Of a stretch of 64,000 bases of DNA, positions 1 to 9,651 are shown piece after piece. Both the position numbers and the translations under genes were made by a program. Numbering within the stretch: the first letter of the stretch is position 1; each line of letters opens with the position of its first letter. The stretch is from an uncultured virus (IMG/VR IMGVR_UViG_3300020294_000003) (lineage: Duplodnaviria > Heunggongvirae > Uroviricota > Caudoviricetes): the IMG/VR virus record IMGVR_UViG_3300020294_000003, one strand, 5' to 3'. The notes beneath the pieces are model-generated. The model searched no databases. It was not told where the DNA came from and saw only the letters and a program-made list of their open reading frames with translations.

Positions 1-1295
1 AAAATGGTATCACTCATACTACCTGACCAATCTAACAACATCATCATACCGTGGTTTTTAGCGTCTGGTAATATAGTTAATCTTTTAAATATATCTTCAT
101 TAAATTTATAACTATGTAATTTAAGAGGATCAATAGTTCCTGTTTTATCTAAAGTTGATCTCTTATAAGCAGTTGCTGCTTTTTTCATTTCAAATTCTTT
201 AACTAGATACATTATAGTTTTTTTAGAATCATTCATAAACTTTTTATATTCTTTTTTAAGATAAGGTAAATACTTACTAGCAGTTGCCTTATCAGCCATA
301 AATGCTGCTTTCATATCATTAACGAAATCTTTATTTGAATGGATAACTTTATTTAATATAGGTTCTGGTATTGATCTATAATAATAACTTGTATTAGTAT
401 CTAATAATTTTTCTTTATGACCTTCAAACCAATTGTTAGTAATAGAAGTAAGTGGCATATCACCACCAGAACCTACAGCACCACCGCCACTAGAGTTTTC
501 ATCTTTGGCAGTCTTATCACCTACAGCAGGTTTATCTTGTTTTGATTCTGATTCTGTTTTACCTTCAGTTGCGTCTTGTTTATCTTTAGACTCACTATCT
601 TTATTATCATCTTTGTTACCATCACCATCAATATCTTTACTATCTTTTGAATCGTTTTCATTATTCTTTAGATTGTAGTTTTCAACTAATATGTGATTGT
701 CAAAATCAGGTAATTTTTTCATCTTCTTAACTTCTTTTTTCTGCCACTCTAATAACTCTTTAGCAAGTTTAACTACATCATTAAAAGTTTTTAATGCGTC
801 AACTCTTTTTAACCATATACTATCAGCAGTTGAAAAGTTAAATAATAATTTTTTTGAAGACTTATAGAATATATTAATTTTATCAATTAACATTAAGTCT
901 TTATCATAGTCTTTATCTTTTAGACCAAAGAAATTTTGTCTGTTAAGTATTTCAAAACCATTCAAGTAGTTAGTAATAACACCTGGATATTTCTTTTGTA
1001 CTTTTGCGTCAATTCTGCAATCTTCTAATACATTAACATATCCTCTTAACTCATCATCATCAGCAATTCTTTTCCAACCATTAGTCGGTGTAAATAAAGC
1101 GTGAGCACATTCGTGTGCCACTAACATATCAGTTACATCTTTTGAATCTGTTTTAAATATTGGTAATGTAAGTATTCTATTAACTACATCAAACGAAGCA
1201 GTTTTAACATTATTTTGTTGAACCGTAATGTTTTCGGTTGCAAGTAGTTTTGCTAGTTGTGATTTTGAATCTATATTAAGTGTATCTTTGTCCAT
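1..1295 (-). CDS. HExxH metallopeptidase-like / VWA-domain protein (CobT-like), 3' end outside the window
   Basis: Not in the ORF track because it runs off the edge. Manual translation from ATG at 1295 gives MDKDTLNIDSKSQLAKLLATENITVQQNNVKTASFDV...LVAHECAHALFTP, then an acidic low-complexity linker, and NHGMMMLLDWSGSM (VWA MIDAS DxSxS) near base 1-60. Confidence 0.8.
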   Translation of the reverse strand, partial: MDKDTLNIDSKSQLAKLLATENITVQQNNVKTASFDVVNRILTLPIFKTDSKDVTDMLVAHECAHALFTPTNGWKRIADDDELRGYVNVLEDCRIDAKVQKKYPGVITNYLNGFEILNRQNFFGLKDKDYDKDLMLIDKINIFYKSSKKLLFNFSTADSIWLKRVDALKTFNDVVKLAKELLEWQKKEVKKMKKLPDFDNHILVENYNLKNNENDSKDSKDIDGDGNKDDNKDSESKDKQDATEGKTESESKQDKPAVGDKTAKDENSSGGGAVGSGGDMPLTSITNNWFEGHKEKLLDTNTSYYYRSIPEPILNKVIHSNKDFVNDMKAAFMADKATASKYLPYLKKEYKKFMNDSKKTIMYLVKEFEMKKAATAYKRSTLDKTGTIDPLKLHSYKFNEDIFKRLTILPDAKNHGMMMLLDWSGSMSDTI

Positions 1296-1302
1296 ATTCT
1301 AT

Positions 1303-1331
1303 ATGCTAGGACATTTTCACTTAAAAGTCAA
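1303..1331 (-). promoter_or_regulatory. sigma70-type early promoter TTGACT-17-TAGCAT, 7 nt before ATG 1295
   Basis: Minus strand reads TTGACT tttaagtgaaaatgtcc TAGCAT atagaat ATG. Confidence 0.65.
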
Positions 1332-1388
1332 GCGTTAATTTTCCTTGATTTTACTAGGTTTTTGAAGATAAATGTTCTCTTTTTGTTC

Positions 1389-2462
1389 TTATTTCGTAAA
1401 AATAAACGTAGGTTCAAACTTTCTTCCTGTTAGATTCGGTCTTTTAAACTTACCTAGATAACGATTCTCTTGTTTCTTATCTACTGATTCACCGTCTAAT
1501 GTAGTTGTAGTTGATCCACCTTGTTGTGTAGATAGTGATAACCACCAAGTATCTGTATGTTCAAATCCTACATCTAGTGCTAGTTGTACCGTGTCTTCTT
1601 CAAATGTTTTATATTGTTTTGTATTTGCAACATTCAATGCTAGTTTCTTACCTTTTTTAAGACCTTTAAATGCGTTAGCAATAGTCTGTTTTAAAAACTT
1701 CTCTTTCCACATATCACTTGTATTAAACTTAATACTTGATTGTTCAGGTTCATCACCATATGCTTCCCAACCAAAGTAAGGTGGACTAGTAAATACAAAG
1801 TCTAAACTTTCTTCTTCAGGATCGTATGTTTCACTACCTTGTCTTAATAGTGTATATGATTTATGTTTATGTCCGTACTTATCTCTTATTTGTTCTAAAC
1901 CTTTAAATGTAGGAATACAAGGATCAGTACCTATATAATTAACCCCAGCGGCAATTGCCCCTAGTAATCTACCACCATAACCCATACTAGGATCCCATAC
2001 CGTACCAGCAGATGTACCTTCTAATGGACTATCTTTATCTACAAAAATATCATATAAGGCAGCGGCAGCAGTAGGTCTAAAGTTAGAAACCATTTGAGTG
2101 CCAGAGTATCTTCTTAACATTGATCTCATATCTGAATCTGTTATATCGTGTGCTGGTTTCTTTTTGAAGAAAGTACCTGTAAGTATCTTATTAATACCTT
2201 TACTTAAATGTTCTTCGTCATTCCATATTTCCATAGGTGTCTTCATCTTACCACACTTAATACCCCAAGCGTGTTCCATAAAAGACCACGCAAGATTTAA
2301 TCCGTGTGTTGATTGTCCTATGACTTTATTCTTATGGTCAACCATAGTATCACGTCTAAATGATAACAACATATTATAGATGTTGTTTCTCCATTTCTCA
2401 TCTTTGGGATAATAGGGAAACCCTTTAGACTTTATTAGATCGTGTACTTCTTTTAGTTCCAT
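1389..2462 (-). CDS. SAM-dependent DNA amino-methyltransferase-like protein (N6A/N4C)
   Basis: SAM-binding motif WDPSMGYGG followed by catalytic motif FTSPPY. Confidence 0.75.
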   Translation of the reverse strand: MELKEVHDLIKSKGFPYYPKDEKWRNNIYNMLLSFRRDTMVDHKNKVIGQSTHGLNLAWSFMEHAWGIKCGKMKTPMEIWNDEEHLSKGINKILTGTFFKKKPAHDITDSDMRSMLRRYSGTQMVSNFRPTAAAALYDIFVDKDSPLEGTSAGTVWDPSMGYGGRLLGAIAAGVNYIGTDPCIPTFKGLEQIRDKYGHKHKSYTLLRQGSETYDPEEESLDFVFTSPPYFGWEAYGDEPEQSSIKFNTSDMWKEKFLKQTIANAFKGLKKGKKLALNVANTKQYKTFEEDTVQLALDVGFEHTDTWWLSLSTQQGGSTTTTLDGESVDKKQENRYLGKFKRPNLTGRKFEPTFIFTK

Positions 2463-2467
2463 TCAAA

Positions 2468-3178
2468 TTAAAATTGCCAACCTGGAGGTGGTGTTTTTGG
2501 TGGTTCTGGTAAACAAGGTGTATTAGGTCTATTGAAAAATATATTACCTGACACACTAATTCTTTCTTGTTCTTTTGAATAGAAAGGATTTACTCTATGT
2601 CTTAATTGTGCAGGAAATATCCACATACCATCTAATTCAGGTTGATATTGATAAGTATGTTGTGCCCAATCGCCAGTTGCACCTTCTCCATAATGAAATC
2701 CAATAGAACCTGGTCCAAGACCAGTTCCTTTAAATTCACTTTGTTCTTTTTTTAAATCTGGTACTTTTAAATATATAACCCAGGTAAGTTGTCCAGAGTG
2801 AGTATGTTCAGGATTAAACTCACCACCTTTCATATAGTTAATCCATAAGTTAATTAATGTAAATGATGTAGAGTGGTTATTAGGATCAAACTGCTGACCA
2901 TCAAATCGGCATTTACCGTGTACATATTCAGTTAAAAAAGGTTGAAACTTTTTTATAAACCATTCTCTATCTTCCATATTATAACTTCTTTGATCTCCAA
3001 TTAAACCTACAAGTTTTGGATTAGCACTTCCTGGTTCTAATTCTTTGCCTTTTTTTAGTAATCCTTCTCTAAAATTTTGAGGTATTCTAAAGTAAGCACA
3101 AAACGGTCCAAAGTTTAAATTACCTTGTAACCTTACTTCGTCTTGTTCTATCTTTTGATATTTGTCTGTTAACGCCAT
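2468..3178 (-). CDS. 2OG-Fe(II) oxygenase-superfamily protein
   Basis: WINYM...NPEHTH...IFPAQLRHRVNP...ERISVSGN pattern typical of phage 2OG oxygenases. Confidence 0.8.
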   Translation of the reverse strand: MALTDKYQKIEQDEVRLQGNLNFGPFCAYFRIPQNFREGLLKKGKELEPGSANPKLVGLIGDQRSYNMEDREWFIKKFQPFLTEYVHGKCRFDGQQFDPNNHSTSFTLINLWINYMKGGEFNPEHTHSGQLTWVIYLKVPDLKKEQSEFKGTGLGPGSIGFHYGEGATGDWAQHTYQYQPELDGMWIFPAQLRHRVNPFYSKEQERISVSGNIFFNRPNTPCLPEPPKTPPPGWQF

Positions 3179-3179
3179 T

Positions 3180-4178
3180 TTATTCTCCTATTATTCTGAA
3201 TAATGTAGATTCAAAGGTATCATATATTTGATCCTTTGTCAATAGTGATTGCTTATAAGCATTGTGGATTTGTGTATATTTTGTAAAATAATCACTATTC
3301 ATTATCTTTTGATGTAATTCTTCAGCACTTTCTACTCTTTGCCATTCGTCTTTTACGAGTATTCCTGTCGAATCATAATCTTTATAAACCATAGGTATAA
3401 TGCCACAGGCAAGTGCCTCGTGGTATCTACTTGTGGTTGCCTTATTATCTTTCCAATTAAAACATAATGTATATTTTGATTTGTTTAATATAGGTAGTAT
3501 GTTTCTCATACTATCTGGTTTCATATCTCTTTTAACCGTAGAAAATCTACCAATGAATCTTGTATTAAATTTACCCATACCAACTTGTAGTTCTTTTAAT
3601 ATTTCGTGTCTGTTATCGCCACTAGTTATGCCACCTACATCTCGTCTTTTTTCTGTTCCCCAATATGAAAATAGATAAGGTCTATTAGTTTCATTATCTG
3701 GTATCTCATCTTTTATAAAATGATATTTTAATTGATGTATATTTCCTGGTATATCTGTTTCATCTAATATAGATACTTTGCCAATAGGTTTATCTCTAAA
3801 TGTATGATTTCTATATAAGTCTTCATCATCTCCTCTATCTGATCTTAATATTATAATGTGTTTATTTTTTAAATCTTTAAAGTGTTCTTTAATTGCAGTA
3901 TTAGATTTTTCTAAATTTTTAGGATCAATATAATTAGGTATATGGTAATGAAATTCATTCTCACTAGGTATAATAATTATATCACTATCAGGTATATCAT
4001 CTGCTATTCTTCTATGTGCTTTGTCATAACCATAGTTATATACGCCATATCTAAATTCACTATTCTTAATTTGAAATCTTTTTAATAGATAACAAAATGA
4101 ATCTATAATATGATCTAGTGGTCGTTTATAATTGACACCACTTCTTAATCTAGCAATTGTTATTTTCCTACATTCCAA
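3180..4178 (-). CDS. GT-B glycosyltransferase, T4 beta-glucosyltransferase-like
   Basis: C-terminal SKYTLCF...TSRYHEALACGIIPMVYKDYD...VESAEEL resembles the BGT/GT-B nucleotide-sugar binding domain, and the size (332 aa) is similar. Confidence 0.55.
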   Translation of the reverse strand: MECRKITIARLRSGVNYKRPLDHIIDSFCYLLKRFQIKNSEFRYGVYNYGYDKAHRRIADDIPDSDIIIIPSENEFHYHIPNYIDPKNLEKSNTAIKEHFKDLKNKHIIILRSDRGDDEDLYRNHTFRDKPIGKVSILDETDIPGNIHQLKYHFIKDEIPDNETNRPYLFSYWGTEKRRDVGGITSGDNRHEILKELQVGMGKFNTRFIGRFSTVKRDMKPDSMRNILPILNKSKYTLCFNWKDNKATTSRYHEALACGIIPMVYKDYDSTGILVKDEWQRVESAEELHQKIMNSDYFTKYTQIHNAYKQSLLTKDQIYDTFESTLFRIIGE

Positions 4179-4975
4179 AATAGACTACCTTTCTTTGCGT
4201 ATTTTTTCATTATTGACCACGCCTTTGCGTCATATGTAGGCACAGATGGAAAAGGTGGTTTGTCTTTTTCTTTTACCTCTTGCATAAATTTATATTTTGT
4301 TAGATATAATTTTGCTCTACCTATTTCGTGTTGTTTCATTTTGTGTCCTACTGAAACTACATTAACATCTTTATCAGGAAATGCCATCTGTAATCCTCTT
4401 GTTAATGTACCACTTGATCCTACTGACCATATTTCACTTATATTAATATTGTAATCTTTTTCTATATCTTTTGCTAAATCTCTTATATCTTCAAATACTC
4501 TTTTTTCTTCTAAACCTAATGGCAATAATCTTCTTCTTTTTGGGTCTTCATAAAAATAATCTCTTGCTCTTTTTTTAGTAACTGATAACATACCATTTGG
4601 TACCCAACGTATATCTGCACCATATTCTAATGCTTGTTTTTGATAAGGGTGTAAATTATTCATTGATCTTTTTGCCATAAAGAATACTGCTTTTTTACCA
4701 TACTCTTTTGCTTGTAGTGTTAAAGATAGTTGAGCATAACCGTTTGCAGGACAACCACCATAAACAAATTCTTCAGCGCCTTCAGCAATTTCTTCTCTAA
4801 TCATTCTATCTACAAATCTTCTTTTAGAACCACCTTCTAATAAATCATCACGTACTATATAAAAACCTTCGTGTTCTTCTATTACTAATTTAGGAAAACT
4901 ATAAGGCATAGTTGAACCTTGTCTAGGCCATCTTTCTTCAGCAGTAGGAAATCTATAAGGAACACTATCTATCAT
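4160..4975 (-). CDS. PLP-dependent enzyme, fold type II (ACC deaminase / D-cysteine desulfhydrase-like)
   Basis: RDDLLEGGSKRR (PLP lysine), SVGSSGTL phosphate loop, TYDAKAW. Confidence 0.75.
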   Translation of the reverse strand: MIDSVPYRFPTAEERWPRQGSTMPYSFPKLVIEEHEGFYIVRDDLLEGGSKRRFVDRMIREEIAEGAEEFVYGGCPANGYAQLSLTLQAKEYGKKAVFFMAKRSMNNLHPYQKQALEYGADIRWVPNGMLSVTKKRARDYFYEDPKRRRLLPLGLEEKRVFEDIRDLAKDIEKDYNINISEIWSVGSSGTLTRGLQMAFPDKDVNVVSVGHKMKQHEIGRAKLYLTKYKFMQEVKEKDKPPFPSVPTYDAKAWSIMKKYAKKGSLFWNVGK

Positions 4976-5511
4976 TTTTGCCTTTTATATTTTTTCATCA
5001 TCTTTTCTGCTTTTTTATATGCCATATCTAATTTCATTTTACTTATACCGTCAACAAATGTTTTGCCTAACATATGGTCGTATTCGTGTTGAAAGACTCT
5101 ACTAATCATACCATCTAAACTACCTTCTTTTAGATCACCGTTTTCATCTTCATATTTTACAACTACTTTACGAGGTCTTGTTATGTTTAAAAATACAAAA
5201 GGAAAAGTTAAACAACCTTCTTTCATTGTTTCTTCCTCTACACTACTTGATATAATCATAGGATTAAAACAAGTCATCTTTAAACCTTTTTCTATTTCAG
5301 GATGATCGCCTACTACAAACATATTAAAAGGTAATCCTACTTGATTAGCAGACAAACCTATGCCACCATATTTTTTCATTGTGTCAAACATTGCTTCTGA
5401 CAATTCTTTTCTATCTTTAAATCCTTCGTCTTTTAACATATCGTTATTAAAAGGTGCGATTGCGGATTGTACTCTAGGATCAGTTGGTGGTATTAATTTT
5501 AGTTCTTTCAT
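4972..5511 (-). CDS. def: peptide deformylase
   Basis: All three PDF motifs present: GIGLSANQVG, EGCLT, QHEYDH. Confidence 0.95.
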   Translation of the reverse strand: MKELKLIPPTDPRVQSAIAPFNNDMLKDEGFKDRKELSEAMFDTMKKYGGIGLSANQVGLPFNMFVVGDHPEIEKGLKMTCFNPMIISSSVEEETMKEGCLTFPFVFLNITRPRKVVVKYEDENGDLKEGSLDGMISRVFQHEYDHMLGKTFVDGISKMKLDMAYKKAEKMMKKYKRQK

Positions 5512-6161
5512 ATTAACCTTATATAATTATCTTTGTTTGGATTCTCTATCATTAAATCAAAAGCAATTGTTATTCTTTCTTTATCTGATTTTTGTATATC
5601 TGTATAGTGTGGTATATTATTTGGAAATATAGATACTTTACCTACATCATTTTTACTTTCATATGTCATAGGGTCATTAATTTGATTTATTGGATTAATA
5701 TAATGAGTAGATGTATCATCACATTGTACACAAATATGGCCTCCTAAATAACAAGTTGGTCCTATATCGTGTAAATGAGGTTTTATTTGATCTCCTTTTC
5801 TCATTATATTTGCCCAGCATTGTATGTATAATTCTTTAGGAAGTTCTTGTTTGTAATATTTTCCTACAATATTATCGTGGAAGTTACAAATAAAATGTTT
5901 TAACATTTCTATATTTTTGTTTTCCCATTTAAAAACATTGTATTTGTCAAATCTAGCAGTTGTACTATCTTCTCTCATTCCTGTATATGCGTCACCTGTT
6001 ACAGGTAAACTTACTATTTCTTTTTCTTTACTTAATATAAACTTTGCTAGTTCTTCAAAATTAACTTCTTTGTTAACCATTTCAAATATAGTGTAATCAT
6101 ATTCAGGTGCAAAAAAAGTTCTCTTTGGATCACTTTTCATTTTTGTTATTTTAACTTCCAT
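5508..6161 (-). CDS. 2OG-Fe(II) oxygenase-superfamily protein
   Basis: WANIMRKG...PHLH...IFPNNIPHYT...ERITIAFD. Confidence 0.8.
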   Translation of the reverse strand: MEVKITKMKSDPKRTFFAPEYDYTIFEMVNKEVNFEELAKFILSKEKEIVSLPVTGDAYTGMREDSTTARFDKYNVFKWENKNIEMLKHFICNFHDNIVGKYYKQELPKELYIQCWANIMRKGDQIKPHLHDIGPTCYLGGHICVQCDDTSTHYINPINQINDPMTYESKNDVGKVSIFPNNIPHYTDIQKSDKERITIAFDLMIENPNKDNYIRLI

Positions 6162-7876
6162 TATGTATTTTGTAACCTCGTAAAGTTTTTATATTTCTCA
6201 AATTTTAATATGTTGGTAAACTTATCAAATAGTATATCTCCTTTGTGTGATATAATAAAGACGTTTTCATTTTTTAATTTATTAACTATCTTAAAGAAAT
6301 CATCTGTTCCTTGTTGATCTAAACTAGAATCAAATATCTCATCTAGTATTAATAAGTTTGTGTTTACACTATTTTTCATTTTAGCAATAGTTCTCCAAGT
6401 AAATAATAATGCAAGGTCTATTCTTAATTTTTCACCTTCACTAAAACTATTATAATTAAATGTATCTCTATGCCTACTCTTTACCGTTTCGTTAAATTCT
6501 TCATCTAAATGAAATGATACAAAGAAGTCCATTGCTTGTAAGTATTGATTAATTAGATTGTTTATAATAGGTATATACTTTTTAATTATATGTCCTCTAG
6601 CACCTTTATCACTTAATACTTCTCTTAATATATCTACGTATTTCTTTTGATTAGTTAATTTTTCTGTTTCTAATTTTGTTGTTTCTAATTCTTCTTTTAA
6701 TTGTTGTAAATCTGTAGCAATTTGTTTACTATCTGTTTGTTTGTTTTCTAGTTGTTTTATATCTTCGTGTATTTTATCACAATAACTATTCAGTTCCCAT
6801 AGTGAGGTATTTACTTTTGCAACATCAACTTTTAATTCTGATAACTTTTGAGATATAGCACCAAAGTGATTAATTCTTTCTTCTACTTTATTAATTTCAC
6901 CTGTTAATTTTTTAATGCCTGTTTCTAATTCAGCACATTTTTTATGTAGTTGTTCACCTTTTTGTTCTCTAAATGATTTGTCAATAGATTGTGTACACAC
7001 AGGACAGGTATCATTATCAGCAAAAAACTTTATTGATTTATTATGTGTGTCTATGTTTTGTTCTATTTTAGTTTCTAGTTTTTCTAGTTGTTTTAATTTA
7101 CTATCTGCTTCTTCTTTACCTTCTAATTCTTTTTTATATTCTTCTATTGACTTGTTTATATTTTCTATCTTTGTGGTGTATTCTTGTTTTGCTTTATTAT
7201 GACTTTCTAATTGTGCTTTCTTATCATCAATACCACTTGTATTCAATTCTGATAATGATTTAAAATGTTTCATTTCAGTTTCATATTTTGTTTGTATTAG
7301 ATCACCTTTATGTCTAATTTCTAAAACTTCTTTTGATAACTGACCTTGTTGATCTCTTAATATTAAATCCATTTGTGTAAATACTTTTACATCTAATATT
7401 TCTTCAACTACATCCCTTCTATATCTTGCCTTCATTTTCATAAATGGTTCATATGAAGAAGACCCTAATATAACAACTTGAATAAATGATCTGTAATTTA
7501 ACTTCATAATATTATGTTCTAAATATTTTTGATAGTCAATACTAGAGGCATTTTGATTTAACAATTGTCCGTTTTCATATATCTCAAATAGATTAGGTTT
7601 AACACTTCGTTTAACTTTATATTGTTTTGTACCTACATCAAAATCTATCTCTACTTCACATTCACTATTGTTAATAGTGTTTATCATTTGTTCTTTTTTA
7701 ATTATTCTAAAAGGTTTATTAAACAATGCCCAACACAATGCGTCAAGTAAAGTTGATTTACCAGAACCATTTTGTCCTATGATAAGTGTTGTAGGTGATT
7801 TACCTAATTCTATTTCTATTGGTTGATTTCCTGTTGATAGAAAGTTTTTATATTTTATCTTTTTAAAGATTATCAT
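6161..7876 (-). CDS. gp46: recombination endonuclease ATPase subunit (Rad50/SbcC-like)
   Basis: Walker A GQNGSGKST, coiled coil with CPVC zinc hook, FSEGEK signature, LILDEIFD Walker B. Confidence 0.95.
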   Translation of the reverse strand: MIIFKKIKYKNFLSTGNQPIEIELGKSPTTLIIGQNGSGKSTLLDALCWALFNKPFRIIKKEQMINTINNSECEVEIDFDVGTKQYKVKRSVKPNLFEIYENGQLLNQNASSIDYQKYLEHNIMKLNYRSFIQVVILGSSSYEPFMKMKARYRRDVVEEILDVKVFTQMDLILRDQQGQLSKEVLEIRHKGDLIQTKYETEMKHFKSLSELNTSGIDDKKAQLESHNKAKQEYTTKIENINKSIEEYKKELEGKEEADSKLKQLEKLETKIEQNIDTHNKSIKFFADNDTCPVCTQSIDKSFREQKGEQLHKKCAELETGIKKLTGEINKVEERINHFGAISQKLSELKVDVAKVNTSLWELNSYCDKIHEDIKQLENKQTDSKQIATDLQQLKEELETTKLETEKLTNQKKYVDILREVLSDKGARGHIIKKYIPIINNLINQYLQAMDFFVSFHLDEEFNETVKSRHRDTFNYNSFSEGEKLRIDLALLFTWRTIAKMKNSVNTNLLILDEIFDSSLDQQGTDDFFKIVNKLKNENVFIISHKGDILFDKFTNILKFEKYKNFTRLQNT

Positions 7877-8931
7877 TCATTTGCCTCTACATATAATTCT
7901 TTAGTAAAGTCTTTTAATTTTTTTCTATCTAAATCTGTATCAATCTGGTCAATATAGTTATTTAGGAAAGTCATAGTATCCTCTCCTTGATCTAGTATAT
8001 TTGCTTTTACGGTTTGTTTTATATCTACTGGATCCTCTATTATTTGTAATTCGTGTACGTTTGTATTAGTATAAAATCTTTCTACAAGTTTATTGTACAT
8101 TTCTTCGTTTGTTTTAAATGATACAAACATTTTAACAAAACAATTTTCATAAGGTGAAAGATCAAAGTTAGTATAATCAGTTGTTCTATCATCATATATT
8201 ATCTTTTTGAATATAGCAAGATCATTAGGTATTCTTTCTAACTCTCTTGTTTCTGTATCAAAGATATGGAATCCTTTAGGACAATTGTAGTCTGACCACA
8301 TTATTTGATATTGTGTACCAAGATAGTAAATAAGTCCGTCATCTGATTTTTTATGAAAGTGTCCAGACATAACTTTTTCAAATCGTTTAAATTGTTCTCT
8401 ATCTAAACCGTGTTCGTTCATATGTCCTTTGTGCATTTCAAAACCTTTAATCTCTAAATGACCAAAACATATATCAGCAGTAGAGTGATCTATTGCGTGT
8501 ATTGAATCATCATAATTATCATCACATATCCAAGGTAAAAATAACATACGACAACCACCTAATTCTACTTCTTTAGGACCATCATATATCCAAGGTTCGT
8601 TTATGCCATCAAAAGATGTACATAGTTGTTGAATAGAGTTTACTTTGTTTGTGTTCTTATAATAAGTATCGTGGTTACCTAATATAATATGTGTATCTAT
8701 TTTTAAATCCCATAGTCTTTTCCAAAACTTTTTTTGGAAATTGTGGGCAGTATTAAAGTTAATAAACTTTCTTCTATCAACCACATCACCTAAATGTATT
8801 AATGTATCTATCTTATTTTCTATAATGTACGGAAAAAACAATTCATCATAAAAACGATTTTGATAATTTATAAAAGCAGGTGAGTCATTACGGCATCCGA
8901 AGTGTGTATCATTCAGTAGCGCTATCTTCAT
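7873..8931 (-). CDS. gp47: recombination endonuclease nuclease subunit (Mre11/SbcD-like)
   Basis: DTHFG, HLGDVVD, GNHD, SGHFH phosphoesterase motifs; adjacent to gp46. Confidence 0.95.
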   Translation of the reverse strand: MKIALLNDTHFGCRNDSPAFINYQNRFYDELFFPYIIENKIDTLIHLGDVVDRRKFINFNTAHNFQKKFWKRLWDLKIDTHIILGNHDTYYKNTNKVNSIQQLCTSFDGINEPWIYDGPKEVELGGCRMLFLPWICDDNYDDSIHAIDHSTADICFGHLEIKGFEMHKGHMNEHGLDREQFKRFEKVMSGHFHKKSDDGLIYYLGTQYQIMWSDYNCPKGFHIFDTETRELERIPNDLAIFKKIIYDDRTTDYTNFDLSPYENCFVKMFVSFKTNEEMYNKLVERFYTNTNVHELQIIEDPVDIKQTVKANILDQGEDTMTFLNNYIDQIDTDLDRKKLKDFTKELYVEANE

Positions 8932-9487
8932 AACTCAAAAAGTAATCTAAACTACTCTTTTTTTTCTTCTTCCTCTTTTTCTTTTTCTTTGCTAAATCAT
9001 CAGCAATTTTTTGTTGTTCTTCAACTGGCATATTCTTTTTAAGAAATTCTGTAAATTGATTTTTAAACTCTTTGTCTTCACCTGGTTGCAAGGTCATATC
9101 ATCATAATTAGATTCTGTTATAAGTCTATTCTTAATAGTTACTTGTTTTTTCTCTTTCTGTATTCTTCTTATGAAGGCGTAATATATAATTTGCGTGAAA
9201 TATGCAAAGGGATTCTTTGATTTTCTAGGATTAAAATTGTCTAGGTATTGTAGGCAGTTTTCTATACCATCACTAATCATATCATCTCTAAAAGTATAAT
9301 TAATAAAGTTTGGTCTGTAAGATAGATGATTCGCTATCTTTAAAAAACAACTACCAATGTAATCTGTAACAGGCGGTTTCGGTTGTTTGTTTCTTTTCGC
9401 TCTATTTACATTCTTTGTATATTCAGTCATTGCAGCTAAAAATTCTTTATTGTTTACATAATGTTCTTTTTTTGTAGTTTTTCTCAT
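8909..9487 (-). CDS. gp55: late-transcription sigma factor (start moved to MRKTTKKEHYVNN)
   Basis: HYVNNKEF, NFINYTFRDDMISDGIENC, NPFAYFTQI, and a C-terminal SLDYFL clamp-binding-like motif. A promoter lies directly upstream of ATG 9487. Confidence 0.95.
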   Translation of the reverse strand: MRKTTKKEHYVNNKEFLAAMTEYTKNVNRAKRNKQPKPPVTDYIGSCFLKIANHLSYRPNFINYTFRDDMISDGIENCLQYLDNFNPRKSKNPFAYFTQIIYYAFIRRIQKEKKQVTIKNRLITESNYDDMTLQPGEDKEFKNQFTEFLKKNMPVEEQQKIADDLAKKKKKRKKKKKSSLDYFLSYEDSATE

Positions 9488-9493
9488 AATATT

Positions 9494-9522
9494 AATATAA
9501 CATCTTTCTTCAAAAAAGTCAA
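9494..9522 (-). promoter_or_regulatory. sigma70-type promoter for gp55: TTGACT-17-TATATT with extended -10 TG, 6 nt before ATG
   Basis: Minus strand reads TTGACT tttttgaagaaagatgt TATATT aatatt ATG. Confidence 0.75.
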
Positions 9523-9566
9523 TGTTATCCCGAAATTTCGGTTTCATTTTTTGCTCTAAATGAGCA

Positions 9567-9594
9567 TTGACTTTTTATCTTTTTTGTGTATAAT
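9567..9594 (+). promoter_or_regulatory. divergent sigma70-type promoter TTGACT-16-TATAAT with no credible downstream gene
   Basis: Plus strand reads TTGACT ttttatcttttttgtg TATAAT. Confidence 0.65.
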
Positions 9595-9651
9595 GGAGCG
9601 TGTAGCGGGTTGCCGAGAGATATAGCTATAGTAAATAATATATTATATAAA

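Noticed and set aside
433..678. 81-aa Ser/Leu-rich plus-strand ORF
   Set aside because: Antisense shadow of the Asp/Lys/Glu-rich linker of the minus-strand VWA gene.
8955..8992. Pyrimidine-rich low-complexity tract as a slippage site or terminator
   Set aside because: It encodes the poly-Lys linker before the gp55 C-terminal SLDYFL motif.
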